Shown here piece by piece: positions 41,799 through 54,615 of a stretch of 64,000 nucleotides of DNA. The position numbers were made by a program, and so were the translations under genes. Origin of the DNA: Obrimoposthia wandeli. Its lineage: Eukaryota. Under the pieces are notes generated by a model. That model did not search any database and was not told the origin of the DNA. It was given only the letters and a program-made list of their open reading frames with translations. The stretch spans positions 124,001-188,000 of the forward strand of contig CDROCS010001621.1 in NCBI GenBank assembly GCA_977020255.1. The letters are read 5' to 3'. Within the stretch, counting starts at the first letter, position 1. The number at the start of each line of letters is the position of its first letter.

Positions 41799-42640
41799 CA
41801 GGATTGTCAAACCTTTTAGTACCTAGGACCACATTGACATTTTAATCCTTGTATAAAGGCCATACCCAAAAAAACGAAGTGTAAGAAGAATTGAGACAGT
41901 AGTTAACATTTATTATTCGACATTTGCCACTGTTTGTTTTTCCAAAGGGCATATATCTGCTCCAACAGTAGAAGTGCCAATTCTTAAGATACCACTGAGA
42001 TGAATATCATTCATTCTGCTTCTATGAACTGTTTTTAACATTTTTCATTTTGGAAAAGATTGTTCGCATCTATATGTACTTCCAAATAATGAAACGTATT
42101 TCAAAGCATGTTTGCACAACTTGGGATAGTTCTCATAGTTCATATAATTTTTATAAATCATTTTCTCGGTGAGAAGTTTTTAATTTGTTATTGTTCTTTA
42201 ATTCTATTGATTCCATTTGAACTTCTTCATTGGCATTTTCAACATCAATACTGAAGGAATCAGAAATTAAATCAATTGCTTCTTTCTGTGCTCTGAAATA
42301 TTTAAATCTTCTACCAAATTCTAGCTCTAATTTTTCAACTAGACTGGCGTATTTTTCAAAATCAATTATAATTTCATTTTTACTTAAACTTCTGTTGAAT
42401 AGAGTTGGGAAATGAATCAGCTTTTTTGAACTAAGAACAATACAAGTTTTGAACAAAATATTTCAATTTGTTCAATTATTTTACTTATGAGTTGATCATT
42501 ACCTTGAAATTTTAAATTCAAATCTGATAACATTTGAGTTATATGAATAAAACAAGCAAGATCATCTATCCAATTAATTGGAAATAATAATTTATTAAAA
42601 CTCCGAAGCAGGACTCGAGTTTTCACTGACAACGTTTTTA
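41799..42640 (-). mobile_element. hAT transposase 3' remnant (GTF2IRD2/SPIN-like Charlie group)
   Basis: WIDDLACF...LNLKFQG, HFPTL...EFGRRF...VQMESIEL, KHALKYVSLFGSTYRCEQ, RSRMND; TIR CAGGATTGTCAAAC at 41799. Confidence 0.85.
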
Positions 42641-42978
42641 TGTGAAAAGGTTCACAAATAAATAAATATTAAAAATATATTAATCACATGTATTTAAATT
42701 TATTATTTGTAATTTACAATAATATTTCTGAAATTTTAAATCTAAAGTGATTCTCATTGTTAGTCTAAATAATTAAAATGATTAAATTAGATTATATAAA
42801 CATATTAATATACAATATTTTAAATATTAACAGTTTTTATGTCAAATTTTAATGTCAAATTATATAATTTTATATAATTTTATTTATGAAACAAAAATGA
42901 ATTATTTTCATTTAAAATAAAATGAAACTGGAAAAACATGTATGAAATATACAATATATTTGACAGTAAATATAGTAT

Positions 42979-43751
42979 TGTTGGATTTAGAAAAGGACGA
43001 TTGGAATTGGGAAAATTAAATTAACTATAATTATAGTCCGGCCCAAATACAAATAAAAGGCGAAATTAAATTAAAAAAATAAAATTATCAGAAATTTATC
43101 CAAAGAAAGAGAGCTTAATTAACACTAAAATAGAGTTAACTAACTTAAAGTTACCTGCACTGCTTGTTTGAGTCGAGACACTTGAGATATGAGGTTAGAA
43201 GAAAGTTGAGGCAGAAACTAATAGTGTCACATGATGCACCACGAAACACAGTGGGTTTATAAGAAAAAAAACAGTAATACAACTACTAAGTAGCAAAACT
43301 AAGGAACACAGTAGCAAAGAAAGAAGAAGAGAAAAAAATCAAGCAGACAATTTGCTGCCTCGGAAACATATAAAGAAGACAGTTCTCTTCTACGAAACAC
43401 AATAGAATACAAATTTCCTCAGAAGAAGAAGACGACAATTTAGCCACCAACAATATCACCAGATCAAAATGCAGAAAAGTACCAGGATTAGCGTCATTCG
43501 ATCAAACAAACCTCGGATTCAGATCTACAAAGGACTCCCTTAAGGTCTTAAAAATACAAAACGTTTATTATTAAATTAATTAACCTTCAGGGCTGAGAAT
43601 AACCAGCCTTACATACAAGTCCTATATATTTAAGAACTCATGAGCTTGAGTCTTTTTTAAGTAGGAAACTACTCTAGACTCAACAATAATATAAATATAA
43701 CTCAAAAGCCACCTGGCTATGCTTTCTCAACTAAATTGGCCAGATAATACA
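42979..43751 (-). mobile_element. Putative solo LTR, 773 bp
   Basis: TGTTGG...AATACA termini; minus-strand TATAAA (43256-43261) and CAG|gtaact donor (43154); flanks agtat/tttat match only 3/5. Confidence 0.45.
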
Positions 43752-44576
43752 TTTATGTATGTAAAATTTGTTTAATAATTTAATTAGACAATAACGATAA
43801 AAATTTAGCCAAATTTTAGATTTTAGTTTGAATTGAAGTCAAAAAAAATTTAATATGAAAATAGAGCTTTAATATTTTATCAACATTTGTTTTATTCATT
43901 GGAACAGATCAAATGGAATAGTTTTTTTAAATAATTGATCTTCGAAATTTGATCGAAGGTCCTAAATATTTTTTTCAACTTTTTATTCATAGCATTCAAA
44001 AGTTCAAGCGAAGAAAGCTTCCTGTATCTAAGTAAAGTTTCATGAAAAGCATTGTTAAATTTTTGGTATTGAATATATTTTGCTTAATATATCATTGTAC
44101 GTTTTATTGCAGCAGTATTTATTTCACTTCTTATGGAAGCCTCTAGCTCATAAGTTCTTAGATTTATAGAACTTGTAAATATGAATCCACTGAATTTCTC
44201 GAATCTGAAGGTAATTTAGGCCGTCTGTCTACGTGCCCTCTTCTCAGTAAAAATACAGTGGATCCAAGTTTATGGTTTATATGAGAAATATTAAATCTGT
44301 ATTTTCTATATCCATGCAAAGTAGTACAGATTTTGACTACAGATATTTTATATTTACAGTGTTTTGAACCAATAAAATAAGATTGTAAATAATAATTTAT
44401 TAAAAAAAGTGAACAAAACTTTCAAATAGCTCTAAATCTTTAAACTATTGTAAACACCAAAAGTTTTAGATTTAACTGACGATATAGCAACTTTTTTCTA
44501 AAATAGAATAGTAACAAATATTTTGCACTCATTTATACTTTGCTACCCTTTTTGACATATGCAAGGTAAGACCTAC

Positions 44577-44679
44577 CTCCAAACTGGCTAGTGTCTTAGA
44601 CTTCCGTGGTAGTGTGGACGGGTGTAGGATATTAGTGAGGCTGCCCCTGACTGGCTCCGTGGCAAACACCATTTCATCG
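44577..44679 (-). CDS. SCYL2: SCYL2-like exon (DEMVFATEPVRGSLTNILH...LASLE)
   Basis: Acceptor ccatgcag|C, donor GAG|gtaggt; 103 nt, completing the phase-2 codon of the previous exon; matches SCYL2 LAFCTEPVFASLANVL. This frame differs from the ORF-track translation. Confidence 0.92.
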
Positions 44680-47600
44680 CTGCATGGATAAAGTTCGATA
44701 TTTCCATAACGTTTTCAACAGTATAAAAAGAGCATTTTACAGGGTAGGATAAAATTGCCCAACCGATCATTGTTTTAATAATTGAAAGTACTCTATATAT
44801 TAGTTATCTCTACAATCAGTAAACTACAATCAAGCTAAATATGTTGATAAGTCAAATGTGTTGGAGAAAAATATCATAAACAAAGACTATTTAATTGAAA
44901 ATATAAAACTTTCCCCATATCAAATGATTATTATATGCCTCGATTGTGTCTTTTAAATTCTCTCCAATAATCATAACTGTGTCTAATTAAAAGCTCAACT
45001 TTATAATGGCTACTTCTAAACATTTGTACCCATATGTGGCAAAAACGCAGTACCAGTCCTTAGACTAATGTGGTTATTTCTGTCTCAAGTCTCATCATGA
45101 CAACAACAAAAAGCGCCAGAACCAACAACTACGCTGAAGCATGGCTCAAAAGTTACAAAAAAGCTAATTTAATATTAATAAAATAATTTTCATGGCTGTT
45201 TATCAATGATAATTGTTTCGCATCTTAAAACATTAGATGCAATAGAAGCCGGACGTTGAATCTTTGAATGCAAATAATTAAGTACTGAACTTAATAGTTG
45301 TGAAACATTTTAAACCTCTGAAGAATTCGTATTTTAAAGTTTTCTTTCTACATATGTTTCATTTTAAAATAAATTGTATTCATGTGGCTTTAAATTTTTA
45401 TATTAATTAAAAAATATTTTTCCATGGTTCAATTTAAAGTAAGTTGTCAATTTGTGTTTATTAAATTTTTTTAATAATTATTTTTACTGTTTTGTTATTT
45501 TTCTCCTATTTTTAAGTCTTTGTCTGTCAGGTTAGATTATATAATAATTTTGAATTGAAACTTATATATCTATATAAGTTGATTTATATATCTTACAACT
45601 ATACCATATGTTTATATAACACAAAATATGTCAAATCAAATCAATACTTATCATTACAAGGGTTATGAGGTTCATATTTTTAAATTGCTTTTAAAGGAGT
45701 AGAAAAAGTTCGTTTGAAATTGTCCAAGTCAGTAGATTATATTTGTTTATTATATGTATTAAGAAGCATTTTGAAAATGATTGAGTGTACATTAGTGCGA
45801 TTTCTATTGAAAAATACAATATTATGTTTGAAATAAAGTATACCTGTCAACAATTCATTCACCAAGCTATCTTGTGATTTGAAGTAGTTGCAAAATTAAT
45901 CACAATATTTAAATTTTTATTTAATGTAAGGCTTTTATATAAGAATACATTGATATATTGTTTTCTGTTTTAATTGCTCTATATGATACATTACGCTATG
46001 TTATATTATATTGTAAAATATGGGTTAGATTGTTATTATTATTCAAATATACATTTGAACCATAGAATTTATTTAAAAATTTATATATATATATTTAAAT
46101 ATGTTTATGTATTAGAAACGAAATATTTCTTTTACACGAAACATTATATGACCAATTATTAGTTATTATTAAATTCGAGAGTTGTTTGTTTCACCACTAT
46201 ACATTGGCAATTTAATATAATTTTAATAAATTATAGCTATGATTTTGAACATATTTTTGTTGTAAAGAATAATTTCAACATCTTTGTAAAAATAAAATAT
46301 TATAAAATCTGACCTAAAGATGACTTTGGGACTTTTAACTTGGTATGTAAGAAATTGTATAGCAACGCACGTAACCAAATCTGCAAGTTTATTTTAAGTC
46401 TGAATCAGAAAATCTAAAATAACAAGAATGATTGTCTTAGAAAGGGATGATATTTTTTACAATTTGCCAATCTACTCCCAATATTTGATCTAATAGGCGC
46501 AAAAAATATTTCAAAATGGCCGAAATTGCTAATATTCTCCATCCAAATTTAGACTGTCTAAAATACTTTCAAATTGAAATTTATTTTATGATTTAAGACG
46601 TGTTTTGTTAATTATACAATTATGGCTTTTATTATTTACAATGATTACAAAAGTTATGGACGAAATATTAATTTACATATCGTATTCTTTGAAACAGTGA
46701 TGAAATTCTGCTCAGAAACATAATTGTAAACGCAATTTTGAAGAATAAGGAATATATAAAAATAATTGAAATGATCTTAAAATATGTTATTTAGCATTTA
46801 TAACAATCTTCGATTCTCAGACACGGATTGATACAAAAGAATAATTCTTGCAATTATCATAAATTTAGATTTATTTTTGTACGTGATAAATTTAATGAAT
46901 TATTAATGTTACAAAAATATCACGAGTTATATAAATTGTACAAATCAATATTAAGAAATGAGTTTAGTTTATATAATAAAACAGATTTATTTAGCAATAG
47001 TTTTAGATATGTTAGAATATCTATAACATATTATATTTGAACTAAATCCTTCAATTGGGTGCAGCACATACAAACAGTCAACGATGTTATGAAAGTAGAG
47101 AGTAAATTGATTCTGATGGGGGGTCATACATTTAGTACATATGGATAATATTCTATAATTTCGACATTGTTTATATTTTACAACTAACCACTCCCTCATC
47201 TTCATACCTACACATTATTGGAAAGAGTAATTTCTCAAAGCATTTTAATTGTATATTTTTTCAAGAATAAAAGTAATTATATATACATGCGTATGGATTC
47301 CAGAGAAGCCATATATACTCTTGTGTGTATTAAACAGGTGACTCCTTGGGAAACTTATATTTGAACTTTTATTTTTAGCGGTATCTTAATCACTATTCTC
47401 CATAGTATATTGTGTCAACATGACAGCTGTAATTTGATTAAAATTAAAAGTTTGCATTTAAATGGTTGTATTATTCAGAGTTAACTGAAATTGAGTAACA
47501 TTAGTTTTCTTCGCCATTAAAACCAGTCACAAACGGTATTTTTTGCCTCCATTGAATGAGTCTACGAAATTCTATGTCCAATCCCTGGAATTTGTTCAAT

Positions 47601-47849
47601 CTAAACAACCTAACTTTGAAATATAAAAACTGAAATTTTTCCCAATGAACCTATTTTGTAATAGTGACAGAAATTTAGTCATCAGAAAATACACTGAACG
47701 GGTGATTGACATAAATTTCACTGATAATATAATTAACTTTATTAAAACAAACTATAAAACAACAAAAGAATATTATCTTTATTAATGTTACTAAACAACT
47801 AAGTATTGTGAGCAATTGATATCAAGAAATCTATCCTAGGATAGTCAAT

Positions 47850-48200
47850 TTATTTCTGAATGAAAGACTTTGGTCTCGTGTTTAATGGTACTTATTCTTC
47901 GAGGTTCTCAATTCCCTTCTTTATTTAGCCATGTCAAGTGCCAAGTCTCCCAATCTGACTGCTACTTTCTTAGTTTAGCAACTAAACGACCAATATGTGA
48001 ATGCACGATTTCCATTCTTTACTTCAAAATAGTCGATAAACTCAAATAGAATCTCTTCGATTTTTTCATCTAAAAAGGAAATAAATCAAAGACGTCATTA
48101 ACAACAAGTGCTAAAGCTTGAACAGACTTGAAGGTTTACTGGATCATAATAGAATTTGTTTAGCCCAGATCGTTTATGTTTTATCCATTTACACTGCTCA
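47850..48200 (-). mobile_element. Mutator-like (MULE) transposase remnant
   Basis: GLNKFY...LALVVNDVFDLF...FEFIDYFE resembles the MULE C-terminal GL..Y...LAF.P..DV...F.DYFE pattern. Confidence 0.45.
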
Positions 48201-48479
48201 CGATGAAAGAAACATACATAAATGATAGTGCTAAATGAAATACATACTGTAATAAATTAAGATTATATTATATTATCCAGATTATACATGAGATTAGCGT
48301 AGCCATTTAACAAACGCTTTTTACTTCTTCTTGAAGTTTGTATAAAGTTTATGACCTAAATTATTAAATAGTTATCTTCATATTTAAACAATGTTTATTT
48401 GAAAGAAATATATATTTTTACGCAATCAGTTTAACTTTTATATAAAATCTACTAAAGTTAGTTATACTCGGTAAAATGT

Positions 48480-48905
48480 CTGTTGGTGGCCTGGTGCTCT
48501 TTAATTTTTCTTTGATTTAAGGATTGTCGGTGAAACATTCATCGACAATCAGTCCGTGTACAGTGATAGTCAATATACACAGTGAGATATCAACCAAACA
48601 ACAAAACTGTGATGTAGATGATGTATAATAGCTACATTTAAAAGTATTCGGAGTTACATTTCTTACAGTTTCTTTCTTGCTGGACTACCTAGTTTATTAA
48701 AAGAAAACTATTTTACCTATTTACTAATGAAATCATTTGGTATGTGGTTCTCTCCGCAGTTTCTCTCGGTATAGTCGATACTTGGAGTGTAGTTCTATTT
48801 GGTAAATCAGGCGATTATAAGTACTATGAATTTAACGTTCTCAACTTATTCCAAGCTTTAAATGAGTACGATGTGTGTCTTTCTTCATTGACGTCACACG
48901 ATTTG
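48480..48905 (-). mobile_element. Mariner fragment related to 30750-30930
   Basis: Reverse complement GTGACGTCAATGAAGAAAG...GAATAAGTTGAG aligns by eye with GTGACTTCAATGAAGAAAG...GAATAAGTTGAG of the 30 kb mariner. Confidence 0.65.
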
Positions 48906-51679
48906 ATCAAATGCCCAGTGAGTCATTTTGGTAAGCAGAACTGGTGATGTTCACTTCCTGGCTTACTCTGTATTTTAAGGCATTGTAAATCAAAATGGGA
49001 AATATTTAATTTTAAAATGAAATAAAAGGATTAATGATTAATGTTTAAAATCGAAATCAAATGACCTCTCACTTTTTACATTGTATTTTCTGATAACTTA
49101 AAAGTGAGAATATAATATTGGAATTTCTACTGTTTATCTAGTTTTTTAGATATATTTACCTAGTAAATATCTAACAATTTTGATGGAAACATTTTCTCCT
49201 AGTTTGGTGAGTTGTTTAACTAATCTTTCAATCCATTCAGAGACTTTCTTATTTCGATTTGTACATACAACATAAGCATATATACACAAAGCAAATAAAT
49301 TCAACATTCCGATAACTAAACTTTACAGCAGTTGTATTACAGCAAGTTTTTCTTTCAATTTTCTGGTGCTCAGGTAATATTTATATTCGTGAATATGTCA
49401 TTGTGAAATATATTTGTATTGTGTAATCATAATTTCCGTTTCTGTATTTTTGTATGAAACTTTACAAGTTATTACTGTTATGACATAATAATGAAATATC
49501 TTAGAGATAACATAAATAATAAGTTTTGTTTGACTATATTAATAAAATTAAATATCACATTGGATCGAATATAAGGCGAGTTTTAAAAATAAATTATCTG
49601 GGTATTTGATGAAAACTATAAATAAATATATTATATGTAGGAATAGGTCAGTCAAATTTTAAAATAACTAATTTAAATTTTTTTTAAATATTTGGTCGAA
49701 ATAGTTACAATTTAGTAATTTTGATTATAAGGGATTAAGTTTCGACAATTAAAAACATACATCCTTATGTCATATTTTAACACAAAACAAAATGTTATAA
49801 TTATATCTAGCATTTATTCAATCAAAATTAATACATTCTTTTCAAATATTCTTTAATTTTTTTGATAATATAGCCCAAATCTTGCTATAAAATTGAGATT
49901 CAAAGTCAAACTTTCGTCTAACCAAGCGTGACCTTGCGTTATCTTGCTAATAGTAAAACAATGATTATGCATTCATTTAAGAGATGATATATTTAACATT
50001 TTTTAAGACTTTCATCGATGAGTCATCAGAACCTTTCGTAAAATTATTATTTTCATAAATTAGTTCTGTGCATCTTTAATCGTGCCAATGATAATTATAT
50101 CCATCGTCATTAATGGGAAAACATAATTTTATACTTGTAACTGGAACATCTTTGAAGTGTATTTCTTGAAAAATCTAACCTTGCTCATTATTGAACTTCA
50201 TTCTAAGTTGAAGCCCTCAAAGATTTAAATTGTTTAAGGAAACTACATTTAAAACATTGTCAAGCCGTATTTTTATTAACTGAAACAAAAATTATTCTTA
50301 AATCTTTTTAACATATGAAATCATTTTGCCTCACTTACAATAGATTGTTATTTTTCCAATTTTCTGTATATATACACTTTTTAAATTATTTGGTGCATTA
50401 GGAAATTTACTAACTGTTACAAGTTGATTTTTACTAAATTTTGTCATCATATTTGGGAATATTTCTTTTCGATGAATTTTGATAAATTTTAACATTTCTT
50501 CTAGCGTTAGAGATTTTTTTAAAAAAGTATGCTTTCTATAAACGTTTATTATTATAAAAACATTATAAATAAGTTTACCAGTTATAATATAATCGATATC
50601 AATGTAAAATATATAAATAATATAATTAAGAATTTCTTTGTGAAAAATTATAAAGTTTGAAATATATTAATTTCAATAATTATTAAACTTAAACGAAACT
50701 TCAGCGAAATTATTTTAAAAAATTAATTAGATCATAAATTTAAATTATTTTTATGCCTGATCTACAGGCTTCTATTGTTTTTTTCTAAAATTTTGAAATA
50801 TGTTATAAATGAGAACTACAATGTTAAAAAATATTTTGAAAAAATATTTTCACATTTTGTCAAATGAAATTTCCGCTAACTAGACCATTAATTAAAATTT
50901 TCCATTGAAGAATACAGATCCATTACGTGATTCTAGACATATTTTCCGGTGGGTTTCATTTTAAAAGTGATGTGTAGAAGAAGAAAATCAATGTTCAGAA
51001 ATAAAAATAGGTTTTTAATAATTGAGATTTAAAAACATTCCATTGTCTGGATTGACATACAAGAAAAGTAACCTAAAGATAAATGTATGACGTTTACCAG
51101 CACCGACAAATTAGTGTGGACATTTTCCTGAATGTATTATGGGTTTGTTTGGAAGGATGTGATTGACATTAAATCGTGAATGAAGCCAGTTCCATTTATT
51201 TTATTTCAATTTATCGGCAACTGCTTTAAATTGTGATGTTCATGGAATTACATTAAATAAATTTGGACAATTTAAAAATTGTTTTTATTCTTGTTTTCTT
51301 ACATTTTAATACGTTCTAGAACTGCTGGATACTTTTGATTGTGTATATCGCTTTTCGTCCATCAATCTACTACTTCTTTGGCTACAACAGTTATCGTCCA
51401 ATTAGTTTTAGGGTGATTTGAACTGACCAATTAGGGCCAAGTTTAAAAAAATTCACTTTTTTGTGCATTGTTATCAGACACGTAGGTGTACGCGTGTGTA
51501 GGAATATTTGGTTACATAACGTAATAATAATCCGGACATAATGTAATAATTGCCGTCAGTCAGTGTTTTATGATTAATAAATATTTTATGAAGTTGAATT
51601 TCAAGTCAACCAGTACAAATGTATATGAAAAAAGGAATTTTACTTATAATACTAATAATAGTAACATCGTAGTTGTATC

Positions 51680-52010
51680 ATGAGTTATTAGGGTTGGTAT
51701 CGGAATCCGAAGCGATTTAGAAGATGGAAAGTTTAGTGCTGAAACTCGTTCAGCTATGTTATATGGAGTAGATGCAGTAGCAGATTTAGAAGTGGCAAAA
51801 TTTTTGAATTGAAAACAAATTTCAGAATATAGCAGCAAAATTAGTTCAAGCTATTGCTATGATGGATGGGGATAATGTTGGTCCAAGTCTGAAGTCTATG
51901 CCATGACACGTTATATACTAAAAAAAAATTGCACAAGTTGTCACAATATCATACTGTTAGGATGGAAAGAAAAATTAACGAACTTTGCGATATTGAAGAA
52001 CTGAAGTCTG
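51680..52010 (+). mobile_element. RTE-like LINE 3' fragment
   Basis: GKFSAETRSAMLYGVDAVA and LLGWKEKLTNFAIL resemble RTE-clade RPAMLYGxExW and IxWxDKVTNEEVL. Confidence 0.4.
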
Positions 52011-52979
52011 ATCGAAAATTTAGTTCATCATACTTCATCACACCAGAAAACAAAAATCCAAGAATTCCATGACATGTAGATTTTGTTCTAGTATAAGACT
52101 CGGTTCACTAACAGAATTGACACCTGCTTTTCGTTCCCAAATACCTATATGATGAAGCGCTAACAACTTTTGTTTGAATGAGCTAAAATTAAATCTTCAA
52201 GTTTCTGCAGTAAAAACTCCAGGATTTGGTGACAGTCATAGAAAATAAAATGCGATATTTACTTTAACTCAAAGAAATTGTTACAACTATAAATGATCCC
52301 TTGGCTGTGGATTACAAATGGAAATACGCTAAGATTCAAAAGACAATTGTCAAGAGAACGAACGAGGAGGCGATGGGTGCAACTGTGAAGACTGCCAATA
52401 AGCTCATACAAATCTCAAGATGGATTCGGATTTGTGTCTGCTTGAAACGAGGTTGTGTACGTGAAGACCACCAGAGGTGCTTTTGTTGACGGTACGAAAT
52501 TTAAGTCTTTAAACATTATGCATTTCTTAAAGAGAAACTTCCATCTGACATCGTAGGCATACAGCGATTGGGAGAGGGAAAATGAGTTTGCACGTATTTA
52601 GTGTTTTTATTAAAATTTAATAGTGCTGTCAAAAGTACTGCATATTTACTTAAAATATATGGAGAATATGGAGAATATACCCCAAGCAAAGAAAGTAGGA
52701 TTTGGAAATTTTTGAAAGATTATTTTAAACAACTATAGGACTTCGTCGACATTAAGGGGAAATCATGGGATAGTGTAATATTTTTCGATATTTTTAACTA
52801 TTTAAGAATCCGTATGGTCAAAATGGTCAAAATGATCCAAGCTACAATGCAGGAGTCAGAATCCGCCAACGAATATGGCTATAACAGGCAACAAGGACAT
52901 TATTTGCCATTTAATGATTTTATGAGATAAATTAGGTAAATATCTCACCTTTTATTGTCTGTTTGATACAGGATTCTGA

Positions 52980-53130
52980 TCTATTTATGAAATTAGACAC
53001 TGCATGGTTACTCTGGATCACCGGCACTAAACCGTTTGCTATATGCATTAACCATTTGGCTATGTATTTCTCTATGGATGAAAGTTTTGATTCTGAGCAG
53101 ATAAAATGTGCAGTATTTAAGAAGACAGTG
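52980..53130 (-). mobile_element. Mariner 5' fragment
   Basis: REIHSQMVNAYS resembles the mariner N-terminal EIHxxLVxVYG motif. Confidence 0.35.
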
Positions 53131-53951
53131 AGGTGAGCAAGCAATGTAATAAATGTTTTCTTTATTTGTATATCGACTTTGAACGCTTTCATGAATAAAC
53201 AAAGGTTTTGATAAAAAATCAAATTTGTGGTCATTTTTATATGGTCATATATGTATTAAAAACACATTATGTTAATGATATTTTCTATTTCCTTTATTTT
53301 TTAGAGACAACTTGCTTACTTAAGTATATCTAATTGTGGAATTAAATGGGTTAAATACATTAAATATAAATATTTGAGAAGAAATTACTACTAGAAAATG
53401 AAAGAACTTTTACATTTAACTTATATTTACCGAACATTTTATACATCAAATTCCCTCAAAAAGCATTTAACAGTTGTCTTGATTTTAAAACTTAAATGAA
53501 CATTTTTTTAATAAATAAAGGAAATCTTTAGAATATTTTAAATATACAGGAATTATTGTCTTAATTAAAGTGGATTTAAATAACATAATTAAATATTAAT
53601 TTATTTATTCTGTGAATTTAACAAAAGTTTAACTTATTTTATCGCCGCATCATTTTCATTTGTAGTTTAATTCTTTATAATAATGTTTAGATTGGATGAA
53701 TCATTTTAATTTTTGTTGCAAGAAGCATTTCTTAAAATTCACATGTCAAACATATTTGATCTAATCAACAAAAAAGTCAGGTACCCTTATTTTGCTTTTT
53801 GTGTAACATAATTTGTATTTTTTACTTGAAATATTGAAAAGTTAAAAGTTAGTTATACATAAAGTATATTACTTATAAACAAAAGTAGTAAAATATTTTT
53901 TCTATTCTTTTAATATGCTGGCCTCGATATTCTCACCGATTCGAAACTCAC

Positions 53952-54112
53952 CTGTTCTCTTCTAGCGGGAATATCTGCCGCAGCACCCATGGACAATTGA
54001 AGCCCTGTATCTTCAGTACATCTTGCCGCGCTACATCAAGTATGATGTCCCTGTACTTGTTCTTATGGCTTTTGGCGATTTGTCGTTTGTCCAGGATGAA
54101 AACGGACACCTC
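53952..54112 (-). CDS. SCYL2: SCYL2-like exon (EVSVFILDK...QIFPLEEN), kinase N-lobe
   Basis: Acceptor tgtttcag|GAG, donor AG|gtgagt; 161 nt, phase 0 in and phase 2 out; matches SCYL2 EVAVFVFDKK...HPLEESR. Confidence 0.92.
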
Positions 54113-54499
54113 CTGAAACAAATTATTCACGGATCAGATTTTTTAACGACAATATTGAGTATTTATTTCTGAAAAAATAAAAATGTGTACAGAAAACGTA
54201 CAATGAAATGGTATACAAGTTGTTCACGATCTTTTTGAGAATTTTAATCTAAAGTGTATTAACATTATCTACGGTATTTATTCTAAAATATATTAAGAAA
54301 ACTTAATATTGAAATTATTCACGAAAACAAAGTTTAATTTGCTTCCATTGAGTTCCATTCACAAACAAATATGACGCAGGAACAAAGATAACCTCCATGT
54401 TAATGCTAGGCAATATTTTAATGAGCATTTTATCTGTTTCTTTGATGGTTTTGATTTTGATACTTCGTCGAGCTCAACTTGAATTTGTTTCCACAACCA

Positions 54500-54615
54500 A
54501 AAATTATTAATCGGTAAACCTGTGATGCTTAGTGTCCGTGCCATTGCACCAGACTGCCCAATCGAACGATAAGGTAAATACATTATCAACATAAAGGTGG
54601 GTGGAAGCTGCATCT
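54500..54615 (-). mobile_element. Possible piggyBac-like fragment
   Basis: An alternative frame of the 54359-54685 ORF reads THLYVDNVFTLSF...WCNGT. Confidence 0.3.

Larger units (their letters stand above)
11782..54112 (-). other. SCYL2: SCY1-like pseudokinase gene (SCYL2-like), partial: 9 exons, both ends missing
   Basis: Nine GT-AG exons (161+103+45+141+234+117+126+180+123 = 1230 nt) join in frame with no stop. Motifs EVSVFILDK, PLEENS-DEMVFATEP, HGNITP, WKLAGF, QPDLDFVAPE and SDMFSLG match the SCYL2 family as recalled. Exact orthology (SCYL2 versus an invertebrate paralog) is unresolved. Confidence 0.9.

Noticed and set aside
43155-43185. LKQAVQ|gtaact as the missing SCYL2 micro-exon
   Set aside because: No acceptor gives a frame-compatible exon with similarity, and the exon at 40631-40675 fits length, phase and sequence much better.
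11782-54112. Host uses a non-standard (TAR=Gln) genetic code
   Set aside because: The 410 spliced codons contain no in-frame TAA/TAG, and glutamines are encoded by CAA/CAG.
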